Of a DNA stretch of 64,000 bases, positions 47,790 through 58,666 are shown piece after piece (the first letter of the stretch is position 1; every line of letters begins with the position of its first letter). The stretch is from NCBI RefSeq assembly GCF_902713615.1, contig NC_052164.1, positions 40,473,091-40,537,090 on the forward strand, written 5' to 3'. The DNA comes from Scyliorhinus canicula. Taxonomy: Eukaryota. The notes beneath the pieces were generated by a model that ran no database searches, was not told the origin of the DNA, and worked only from the letters and a program-made list of their open reading frames with translations. Made by a program: the position numbers and the translations under genes.

Positions 47790-50700
47790 AGGGGCTCGAT
47801 GGAGTCTTCGTACCGTGGAAATTAAGAAAAAAACAGTTTAGATATAATTTTCATTTTCGTATTTGATCTTTTCCAGCCGAAGAAAGTAATACAAGTCATC
47901 CAGCCTGGTCGCTACCCTCGGTGGCATTGCTGACCGTCACTCCATTAAAATTATTCACCAGACAATCAGCGAGGCAAAGGCCACAACGTCGGCTCCTCCA
48001 TCAGCTCCAGCTTCTCTGATATCCCAAATATCATCAACAAAGGATTCAGCTCAACCTCCCCCCCGCCCCCCCCACCCTCCCCCCCCCCCCCCCGGCCCCT
48101 CCCCCCCCCCCCCCCCCCCCCCCCCACCCACACCATCCTTGTTAGCATCATGAAGAATCCCACCCAGAATCTCTCCAACATGTTGCAGCCCCAGAATATA
48201 GGTGCATGATTCACTGGACCCTGCCCACACTTGTCACACTTGTCTGCCATCCCCTGGAAGAACCCACTCATTCTTGCCTGGGCCATATGTACCCTGTGTA
48301 CCACTTTGAACTGTATCAGGCTCATTCTTGCACATGAGGAAGTCGTATTTACACTTTGGAGCGCCTCACTCCATACTCACCAGTTTATCTCACCTCCCAG
48401 CTCCCACTTCTTCTTAATCTTCACCACCTACTCATCTCCCTGCTTTCCCAGCCACCTGTGAATGTCCCCGATCCTGCCCTCACCTTCCACATCTGGAAGC
48501 AGCAAAAGCTCCAACAGAGTGTACCTCAACAACCTGGGGCACACTATCCAAACATTCCGCACAAAGTCCCTTACCTGCAGGTACCTGAAATCACCTTCTC
48601 TCAGGAGCTCTACCTTCTCCTTCAGTTTCTCTGTACTGACAAACCCCTCTTCCAGGTATAGATCCCTCATCCTAACCAGCCCACTTCTCTCCACTTCCTA
48701 TACATGCTGTCTATCCTCCCTCAGTTCGAAACCACGGTTTTTGCACACTGGCGCCAACACCGACATCCCTTCTATTCTGAAATGTCTCCTCAGCTGGTTC
48801 CAGACTGCACCAAGGGGCTCTCTGCATATTTCTTTGGTGTCACTGGAAATGCCGCCATCACCATAGCCCTCAACTTGGACCCACTTCAGGATTCTTCTTC
48901 CATCCGAACCCTTTCTGCCCCCTCTCCTTCCCATCATTGCCCACCTTCTCCATATTCACCACCCAGTAATAATGCAGCAGGTTTGGCAACGCCAATCCTC
49001 CCTTCTGCCTCTGTTTCTGTAACAGGGTCCTCTTAACCCTTGCACCTTCCCTGGCCACACAAAGCCTGAGAAAATCATATCCAGTTTTCGAAAGAAGGCC
49101 TTCGGTACAAAGATCGGAAGTGTCTGGAATTGAACAGGAACCTCAACAAAATGTTCATCTTGACCGTTTGGACCCTCCCTGCCAGAGTCAAGTGCAGCAT
49201 GTCCCACCTCTTCAGATCCTCCCTGACCTCCTCCACCAGCTTTGTTAGATTCCATTCATTTAGCATCGCCCAATCCCTCGCTACCTGAATCCCCAGGTAT
49301 CTAAACCTGTCTATGGCTATCTTAAATGGCAACCTCCCTTGGTTGGCTTGCAAACCCAGCTCATTCACGGGGAACATTTCACTTTTCCCTACATTTAGCT
49401 TATATCCTGAGGATGCCTCGAACATCACCAACAGGCCCATGATCCTCTCCGTGTTCTCCGGTGGGTCCGACACATACAATATTAAGTCGTTCATATATAG
49501 CGATACCCAATGCTCCCTTCATCCCCTCATAATCCCTTGACACTCTGTCAACCCCTTAAGAGCAATTGCCAGAGGCTCTATCACAAGCACAAACAGCAAT
49601 AGCGACAGTGACCCCCTCCCCCCCCCCACCCACCCCCCCCCCACCCGACCCCCCGCTGCCTTGTTCCCCTGTGCAGTTCAATGCTTTGTGAGCCTATATT
49701 GTTGGTCCATACACTTGACAACGGTGCCATGTACAATAGGCACCCGTGCCACAAACTTCGGTTCAAACTCAAACCTTCCCAGAACGACAACCTTCCATCC
49801 TTCTTTCCATCAACTTAGCCAGCACTTTCACACCTTTATTTAACAGTGACATGGGCCTTTACAACCCACATTCCAATGGGTTCTTCCCTTTCTTTGGTAT
49901 CAATGTGATCGTTGTCTGTGCCATCGTCTCTGGCAGCTCTCCCTTCTCCAATGCCTCATTAATTGCTCCCATGAGATGTGGAGCTAGGTCCATCGCAAAC
50001 TCCTTGCATAATTCCACCGGGTAACCATCGGGCCCCAGAGTCTTCCCCGATATCATACCCCAACATTCTCCAATACCTCCCTCAGCCCCAAGCGCGCCTC
50101 TAGCACCTGCCTCTTCTTTTTCTCCAGTTCGTTGAAAAACTGTCCCATATCCCCCTCTTCACCCCCTGGGTTTGCCCCATACAGCTCCTTATAATAATCC
50201 CAAAATGTCTCATTTATCTTCCCCGGCTCTGACAACACCTAACCTGTATCAGTCCGTATCTTCAATATTCCCCAGGATGCGGCTTGCCTCCGTAGCTAAT
50301 GCGCTGACATTCAACTTACCTTCTCCCCGTATTTGTACTGCACACCCTTGCCCTATGCAGCTGTCCAACCACCCTCCCATCGGCAACCTATCGAAGTGCC
50401 CCTGCAAGCTTTTCCTCCTCGCCAATCCCTCCATGGTGGGCACACTTGAGTACTCCCTATCTACCTCAACTACCTTGTTCATTAACCGTTCACATTCCTC
50501 CCACCTTTCCCTATCCGCATGTGCCTTGAACAAGAACATCTCCCCTGGGACTACCGCTTTCAGTATTTCCCAAAATGCAGCTGCACCTCCCTTTTTGGTT
50601 CAATTCTCCATAATCTTTAATCACAGCCCGCACTTGATCACAAAACCCTCCATCTGCCAACAACCCCGAATCGAGCTTCCACCCCTGCTCCCGTCCCGAT

Positions 50701-50895
50701 CTAAGCTGAAACATCATTCAGTGGGGCACATGGTTCGAGGTTGCTATCCCCACTTACTTTGCCTCCTCCACCCCAACCAAAACCTCCCGGCCCACCACAA
50801 AAGAGTCGATTCTTTAATGCACACTATAAACATGTGAGAAAAAGGAACATTCCCTTCCCTCTGGGTTCTTCAAGCGCTACGGGTCCACCATACCC
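47790..50895 (-). mobile_element. Second, older 5'-truncated L1-clade LINE fragment
   Basis: KTLGPDGYPVE, RGTRQ, FRYLGIQV, LTLAGRVQTVKM, GGLALPNL and LIQFKVVHR motifs across broken frames. Confidence 0.85.
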
Positions 50896-50896
50896 A

Positions 50897-51822
50897 TGTT
50901 TTCATTTGCAGATGATACAAAGTTGTGTGGAAGGTAAGCTGTGAGGAGGATGCAGAGATGATTCAGTGGGATTTGGACAGACTGAGTGAGCGGGCATATG
51001 CATGGCAGGTGCAGTAAAATGTGGATAAATGTGAAGTTATCCACTTCAGTAGCAAAAATAGGAAGGCAGATTATTATTTGAATGGGTGCAAATTGAGAGA
51101 TGTGGATACTCAGCGAGACCTTGGTGTCCTCGTGCAACATTTGCTGAAAGTAAGTGTGCATGTACAACAGACAGTAAAGAAGGCAAATGGTATGTTGGCC
51201 TTCATAGCAAGAGGGTTTGAGTATAGGAATAGAGATGTTTTACTGCAATTGTATAGGGCATTGGTGAGGCCACACCTAGAGTATTGCATGCAGTTTTGAT
51301 GTCCTTATCTGAGGAAGGATGTTCTTTCTATGGAGGGAGTGCAGCAAAGTCCTTGGCTGAATCTTAGGATGGCAGGACTGTCATATGAAGAGAGACTACG
51401 TCGGTTAAGGTTATATTCATTGGGGTTTAGAATAGTGAGAGGGGATCTCATACAAATTTACAACATTCTCACAGGATTAGACAGGATACATTCAGAAAGT
51501 ATGTTCCCAGTGAAGGAGTCCAGAACTAGGAGTCATAGTTTGAGGATAAGTAGTAAACTTTTTAGGACTGTGGTGAGGGGAAATCTCTTCACCCAGAGAG
51601 TGGTAAATCTGTGGAATTCAGTACCGCAGAAAGTTGTTAAAGCTAAAACGTTGCGTAATAGCAAGAAGGAATTAGATATAACTTTTGGAACTGAAGGGAT
51701 CAAGGGATATGGGGGAAGGCAGGATCAGGGTATTGAACTTCACTATCAGACATGATCATAATGAATGGCAGAGCAGACTCAAAGGACCAAATGGCATCCT
51801 CCTGCTTCTATTTTCTATGTAT
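50897..51822 (+). mobile_element. CR1 3' fragment
   Basis: FADDTK...KCEVIHF...RDLGVLV...LYRALVRPHLEYC...FTQRVVNLWNS, ending in a ttctattttctatg tail. Confidence 0.85.
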
Positions 51823-52665
51823 GTTGCTGTGTATGTTAATACTGTAGAGTAAAAGTTTAAATATTGTTTTATTTTAATAAAGTTTTGTTGATAAAATACC
51901 CAAGCCATATTTCTTATATCCTAACCTAACACTATTGTGCAGTATATTTGCTGAAACAATACAGAAGTAATGCTGCTCTACCGCCAGCACCTTGAGTTTA
52001 AGGTAGGTATCCACACTCGTCTCACGAGAGACAATGGCTCCTGCCTCAACTATCAGCTGGCAAAAGCACTCCAGCCGTTCTTTCCCACCTCTGGGAGTAA
52101 GCCACACCAGGAAACGTTGCAAATGTGCAACAACTTGAACACTTCCGAGAGACAAGTTCACGTTTTAACCCGCGAATTCTTCAGACTTTTGAATACAGGA
52201 GAACCGCTGTCCCCGGGAAAGGGACCTCACTGAATCAGGAGGAAGGATTGGGGTTTAGAACTTACACCAGACAATAACCATGATGTGGAAACAATAACAG
52301 GGGAGGAGGGAGGCTGGGCGGGGAGCAAAGGGCTTTCATAACTCTATCCATCTGCTTTCCTATTGATCCAGAACATAATAAAGAATCGAGCTCGAGGGCG
52401 GAGTTTGTGATGGGCAGCTGGGGGAGTGATGGAGCCCTGGTCAGCAGCCATACCTGGAGCACCAGGAGGTCGGAGACAGTGAGGAACCTGAGCGATCAGA
52501 ATGAATGCGGAGATAAAGTTTTCATGGAACGGTTAGTGTAATGTCCCTATCCGATCCTCCACAGCTTCTTCCGAAGTTAGGAAAAAACAATTATTTCAAT
52601 TTCTCTTTGGACGCATTGAACAATAAAAGATGGTTGGGAGGTGGAGGGGGGGGGGGGGGGGGGGG

Positions 52666-52957
52666 GGGAATCTCCCATTCAACCAGTGCACTTTTGTTTT
52701 TGATTCAGATTGAATGAGAAATATCTTCATCAGCGCTCAGCACCGCAGTTCGCGGATGCGGTTTGGTTGAAAGTGAAAATCGGAGACAAGCTTTTACCAG
52801 GCGACAGCCGATTTACTCGCTTTACCTTTTATTTGTCACATTTTCTACGGTGAATTCCTCGCATTTCAAAAATGAATGTGGCCAGAAAGATTCTGATGAC
52901 AATGAAAATCCAGTTTTTTTTTCACTTTAATCATGTCAACAGCAAATCCTTTATATA
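52666..52957 (+). promoter_or_regulatory. Promoter of the divergent IFN: kappaB site, two IRF sites, TATA box
   Basis: GGGAATCTCC at 52666-52675 (matches GGGRNWYYCC), GAAAGTGAAA at 52769-52778, TTTCACTTT at 52920-52928 (reverse IRF-E) and TATATA at 52952-52957. Confidence 0.75.
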
Positions 52958-53036
52958 GGGCGCCGGCTTCTCTGAAACTTCACTATCGAATCTGAGAAGG
53001 ACTGTGTGACTCTGTCAGAAGATTCATCTTGAACAG

Positions 53037-53135
53037 GTAAGTGTCACTGTTGGAGGGAGTTGATTTGCTGGGGGGGGGGGACGCTTTGAGTGTCTTTTGC
53101 CTGTTGTTGGCCTCTAATGGTTGTATCTGTTACAG
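53037..53135 (+). other. Putative 99-nt 5'UTR intron of the divergent IFN
   Basis: Consensus donor CAG|GTAAGT, branch-like CTAAT near 53114 and acceptor TTACAG| 20 nt before the ATG. The upstream exon (~52980-53036) has no ATG. Confidence 0.6.
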
Positions 53136-53155
53136 ATCTCTGCTCTAAGCTGCCC

Positions 53156-54548
53156 ATGGCTCTCCCGTGCATCTGGAGATTTTGCACAGCTTTGGTCTTG
53201 CTGTCAGGGGGCCTCAGTCTGGGCTGCGAGAGGCTGATCGTTCACAATGCAGCGGCCCGCGCCGAACTGAGAAGAATGGTGAGTTTGAACTGATCTCCCC
53301 CCATCCAAATTTGCCAGGATTTGTTAAATGTGGCTAAATTGATTTACCCGGAATTTCCTCAGTTGCAGGAAGGCGGACTGACCTTAGACTGTGCGAAAAA
53401 CACAGGAACACTTCAGATCCCCCGCATCTCTCTCGTCCACCTAACAGCCAACTTGGATGTAAGTATTAAGTTCAGAAAATAGCTGCGGCGATCACAATAC
53501 TTGGCCTTTTCAATGTCTGAACCACATTGAGGCACTGTGCCATCCTCTATACGGCTCCCGGGGTGGGGGAAGTGGTGTTGCAAAATGGATCCAGTGCCCA
53601 AGGCACCGCTGGGGATCTTGGTTCGAATCCCAACACAGCTTGTGGTGAAGTTATCTTCAATTAAAAACAATTTCTTTTAGAGAAGAAAATCTACCATCTC
53701 GGCCTATATTTGATAGATAGCAAGCTAAGCCATTAAGGATGGGCAATTAATACTGGTGCAGCATCTAATGAATTATTTTGGGTTTTTAAAAAAAGCGTTT
53801 CGACTCATTTCCCAGGAACTAATTTTCTGTGTCTAACAGGTCCAGGGCAAGACGCAGGTTATCCGTCAAACACTGGATCAAATCAACAAGACTTTCAGTC
53901 AGAACGTTAACACGGCGCCCTGGGACCATGCCCTCCTGGCAATATTTCGGCTTCACTTGAACAAACAGCTGGATGATCTGAACGAATGTGCCGGAGAACC
54001 CGTGTCAAACTTCAGAAGCCAGGAAATTCAGCAATACTTCCAGGAGTTGAGGAAGATCTTAGAACGGGAGGTATGTTTGACGGGTCTATCCTTCGGCAAG
54101 TTCTATGTGAATCATACTCCTGTAGCACAAAGTCCCCATCCTGTAAATGCCCGGGGTAAGAATCACTCCAGTCACTGCGTGTAAGCAGCAGAAGTATATT
54201 TGGGAAGGTTTCATGAGAAATGTTGAGAACCTGGATGGGAATTATTAATCATTTAACACTAACGCGCTTGCAGCAATTGAGCAGGAAAATATTTGTAATT
54301 TCCCAAATCTCTGAGACCAAATTAATACTAATATCCCCGCGTGAGAAAACTATAGAGTGTCCTTAAAATAGTATATAGATTTTTAAAAATAAAGCATCTC
54401 AGTTAAACACGGTATAGTCCTAGTAATACATTTCAATATTTCTGCCTTTTAGAGATTTAGTGCCTGTGCCTGGAAATTAATCGGATCTCGCACCAGGGCC
54501 AGTTTACAGATGATCCCGGCCATAGCGAGGACCCTGATGTCCAAATAG
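53156..54548 (+). CDS. Divergent type I interferon (exons 53156-53278, 53369-53458, 53840-54070, 54453-54548; 179 aa)
   Basis: MALPCIWRFCTALVLLSGGLSLGCERLIVHNAAARAELRRM / EGGLTLDCAKNTGTLQIPRISLVHLTANLD / VQGKTQVIRQTLDQINKTFSQNVNTAPWDHALLAIFRLHLNKQLDDLNECAGEPVSNFRSQEIQQYFQELRKILERE / RFSACAWKLIGSRTRASLQMIPAIARTLMSK*. Phase-0 GT-AG introns lie at the same positions as in the array genes, exon 2 is also 90 nt, and 4 mature Cys align. Confidence 0.9.
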
Positions 54549-54646
54549 CTGAAATGACCACGGAACGATCATTTTACATTTCATTTTTGTAATTCGCATC
54601 TATTTATTATTGACAACAATCGCTGTTACAGCTCTCACTGCCAGAG

Positions 54647-54840
54647 GTAATCATTAAATTGTCATAGACCATAAATTAATTTTATACATGTTCATAAGAT
54701 AATGTTAAGCGATCATTAAATAACCGTGTAATGGTGACCTTAAATTAATTTTATTTATTATGTCCATAAGGTAATGTTAAACAGTCATTAAATTATTATG
54801 TAACGGTTACTTAAATTATTTTTATTTATTAAATCCATAT
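54647..54840 (+). repeat. AT-rich ~65-70 bp x ~3 tandem repeat in the 3'UTR of the divergent IFN
   Basis: Recurring tcattaaat...taaattaattttat(ttatt)...cataag.taatgttaa units. AATAAA at 54967-54972. Confidence 0.7.
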
Positions 54841-55127
54841 ATTTTGTTAGTGTTGCATAGGGAGGAAAGGACCTTAAAGGGACGTTTTATTCATACAATC
54901 ATTTTTTATAACTGGATCAGAAAATTATTGTTCAAAACGATTTTTATATTCAAAACAATGTGCTTTAATAAAACATTTTTGCAACTTCTCATCTGCCTCA
55001 CCATTTTATCCATTGCTGCATTCGGCTATACGGTTATTTTTCTTGTAAGATTGTTCAGTTATTAACAATATTATTAAAATGTAACATTATTAGCTACCCG
55101 TCTCTGTAAAATAATATAAAATGATGC

Positions 55128-55388
55128 TGCTGTGTTATTATAATAATATAACACGCTGGATTTATTTATTGTGCAAGATGAAAGGCACCAATCACTCATA
55201 AGGTATTGGGTAAACATGTTGTGGGTTCATTTATTAAGATGAGACACATAAGAACAGTTATACATAGGGTTAAAACTGGAAGACATCAGAGTTGTGTGTG
55301 TGTGTTCTGCTCAAAGCAAAAGTGAAACTAAGACTGGGTCATATTTCCCCGATGACATGCTGATACCACTTAAAGGTGTATTTCAACA
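55128..55388 (-). mobile_element. Short solo LTR (261 bp) containing an ISRE-like motif
   Basis: TG...CA termini with 5-bp direct repeat GATGC (55123-55127 and 55389-55393). Minus-strand AATAAA; AAAAGTGAAACT at 55318-55329. Confidence 0.6.
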
Positions 55389-55485
55389 GATGCCAGGTTG
55401 ACAAGATTATGTGTCATAATATTAAGCTTTAAAATGAAGTTTAGGGCAGCTGAAAGCTAAATCTTGAACCTGTTTTTGTAAATGA

Positions 55486-55785
55486 ATAATAATGACATTT
55501 ATTAGTATTACAAGTAGGCTTACTTTAACACTTGCAATGAAGTTACTGTGAAAATCCCCTAATCGTCACAGGTTCAGGTACACTGAAGGAGAATTCAGAA
55601 TGTCCAATTTACCTAACAAGCATGTCTTTCGAGACTTGTGGGAGGAAACCGGAGCACCCGGAGGAAATCTACGCAGACATGGGGAGAACGTGCAGATTCC
55701 GCACAGACAGTGACCCAAGCCAGCAATCGAATCCGGGTCTCTTGCGCTGTGAAGTAACAGTGCTGACCATTGTGCTGCCGTGCCA
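55486..55785 (-). mobile_element. V-SINE with a non-CR1 tail
   Basis: tRNA-like head (ggcacggcagcacaatgg...gattcgattgc) and V-domain; tail as at 33188. Confidence 0.75.
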
Positions 55786-56939
55786 TCTTTGGAGGGGGAG
55801 GGTGGGTGGAGCATGTTTGACATAAAGAACAACATGAGACAGCAGCTCTGAGATGAGAGGAGATGGGACAATAAGGAAAATGCAGACCAGGGCATCATTA
55901 TGTAAGGTGATTAAATGGTTTCTCACATGAACTATGGCTGGGCACAGAGAATGGTTAATAAGATGAGATGATCCCGAGTGCACAGAAAATTAGAAACCAA
56001 AACAAGAGTCGAAAAGAGACAGAAACAAGAACCCAGAGAGCAAACAAGGAAGTAGTTGTGCATTCCTCTGGTTCCCCATCCAGTCTTCATGTAGTGAGTG
56101 TATACTTTGCACTTCCAGACGTTATTGCTGTGGTTTACCTAAAGACTTAGCAAACTTGTTCTGACTTCATCTCATTGAAGTAAATGTCTTGTGACTGAAC
56201 TCTGTGGCCAGTCAACCCACATAATAATTAGAGGTTCAAAATGACTTTAAAAAAACCTATGTGCTGGATATATTTGTTTGAACTTTGTCATTGTGGACAA
56301 GTCACCCCAAATAATATTGATATTTCAGAAAAACTTAAAACCAACGGACAGATTTCCCAAAGTATTGTCTAATTGTGGAGAAAGGATGACCTGGTTACCA
56401 GTGGCAATGCTGGGTATCAATTTCCACGAAAGCAATTCAAGAGATGAATGTATTAACAATGAGGAGACTGTGAAATGTTTTTATTTGGTTCCTGAATTTC
56501 CCTCAACTTCTACATCTATATAAATATATATAATGGTGCAGGTTTCATGGAGAATAGGAATGTTCATATATCTGCCATGAATCTAGATTGTAGCCAGGTT
56601 TATTTTGCCTGAATAGATGATGTAAAAGTTCCAAAGGTTCTACTTTTTGAAAAGAAGTGCAGCAAATACTCCCAGTACCCTGGCCAACATCCTTCCCTTG
56701 GCATCACCAAACCCGATTAATCAGGCACTCTTTTCTCAGCTCTTTGCAGGAATGCATTGTGTGCTGAATGAATACCATGTTTATCTACAAGCTTTAATCA
56801 CCTTTAAAACACATCCTTTCTTCCGCAAATGAGCTAGATAAGGTCAAACTGTAAAGTTTTACCCAACTGCAGAAGGCCCATCATTACTAGCTATGAGCTA
56901 CGACATCAAATTAGCAAAAAGACATTGGTGATAAATGAC

Positions 56940-57795
56940 CAGGCAAAGTGCCTCAATGACTAGCGTCCGGTGGCACTGACATTAATCATAATGAAGTGCT
57001 TTGAGAGGTTGCCCGTGAAACGCTTCAATTCCATACTCCCAGAACGCCTAGATCCACTGCAACTCACATACTGCTGCAACTGGTCCACAGCAGATGCCAT
57101 CTCCCTGGCCCTACACTCATCCCTAGAGCATTTCAAAAACAAGGACTCCTACATCAGACTCCTATTTATTGACTATAGCTCCGCCTTCAACACTATAATC
57201 CCAGCAAAGCTCATATCAAAGCTCCAAAAACCTAGGACTTGGCTCCTCACTCTACAACTGAATCCTCGACTTCCTGTCCCATAGACCACAATCAGTAAGA
57301 ATAAGTAACAACACCTCCTGCACGAGATCTGCTCAGCCCAAGACCACCAGAAACTTAGAGAGTCGTGAACACAGCCCAGTCCATCACACAAACCTGCCTC
57401 CCATCCATTGACTCTATCTACACCTCCTGCTGTCTGGAAAAAGCGGGCAGCATAATCAAAGACCCCTCCCACCCGGCTTACTCACTCTTCCAACTTCCTC
57501 CATTGGGCAGGAGATACAAAAGTCTGAGAACATGCACAAACAGATTTAAAAAGAGCTTCGTCCCCACTGTTACCAGACTCCTAAATGACCCTCTTATGGA
57601 CTGACCTGATTAACACCACATTATTGTATGCTTCACCCGATGCCGGTGTCTATGTGTACCTTGTGTTGCCCTATTTGTATTTTCTTTTCATTTTATTTTA
57701 TTTTCATGTACTAAATGATCTGTTTGAGCTGCTCGCAGAAAAATACTTTTCACTGTACCTCGGTACACATGGCAATAAATAAATCCAAATCCAAA
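56940..57795 (+). mobile_element. Rex1/Babar-type LINE fragment, internally deleted
   Basis: [16 protein letters not shown]...LDPLQ...[11 protein letters not shown]...[16 protein letters not shown]; C-terminal IIKDPSHPAYSLFQL..GRRYKSL; (aatcca)n tail. Confidence 0.8.
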
Positions 57796-58079
57796 TGTGA
57801 CTATTACTTGTTTGAATGTAATGTTACTCAAGAGATTGATATATTTTCCTAAAGTTCTGATGTGATTCCTTACTAAATGCAACATAATAAACACTCCATT
57901 TTCTGCAATATTACGAAAGCCCTTGTTCCAAAAGTTCAAGTGTGAATTATTATCTTCAGCATTAAGAGATATGAAGCTGATGCAAAGATTAAATTAATTT
58001 GCATCAGTCGTTCTTTGCCATTGGACATAAATAGGTCACATGGTGCTGGATGATTGCAGAAGCGCTTCACTACTTATCC

Positions 58080-58610
58080 CATAGAATCACTACAGTGCAG
58101 AAGGACGACATTCAGCCCATCAAGACTGCACCCTATCTGGGCCCACACCCTGCCTATTTCCGCAACCCCAAAACCTCACCTAACCTACACATCCTTGGAC
58201 ACTAAGGGTTAATTTAACATGGCCAATCCACCTACCCTGCACATCTTTTTAAAAATGAATTTATGGTAGCCAATTATTTTCTTTTCCAATTAGAGGCAAT
58301 TTAGTGTGGCCAATCCACCTACCCTGCACATCTTTGGGTTGTGGGGGTGGCACCCATTTAGACACAGGGAGAATGTGCAAACTCCACATGGACAGTGACC
58401 TGGGCCGGGATTGAACCTTGTTCCTCAGCACTGTAAGGCGACAGTGCTTATCATGCCACCCAGCTAACCTGCACATCTTTGGACTATGGGAGGAAACCGA
58501 GCACCCAGTGGAAAGCCCATGCAGGCATGAGGAGAACATGCAAACTCCACACATAGTCACCCAAAGCCAGAATTGAACCCGGATCCCTAACCATTGTACC
58601 ACCGTGTCAC
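58080..58610 (-). mobile_element. Cluster of nested or partial V-SINE fragments
   Basis: Repeated ggccaatccacctaccctgcacatcttt and gcaaactccaca V-domain pieces with B-box remnants. Confidence 0.65.
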
Positions 58611-58666
58611 CTTGACGCTTGTCAATAGGATTTCCCATTGAAGCTACCCCATGCCATCGGGAAACC

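Noticed and set aside
51874-52462. Minus-strand ORFs and a GTAAG donor upstream of the divergent IFN, as a seventh IFN remnant or an antisense gene
   Set aside because: Only vague resemblance, with no aligned Cys/Trp motifs or consistent exon chain. It cannot be supported without transcript data.
53156-54548. Type III (lambda) IFN or IL-10-family identity for the divergent gene
   Set aside because: Exon sizes, Cys positions and the CAW, YF and FRL motifs align directly with the neighbouring type I genes.
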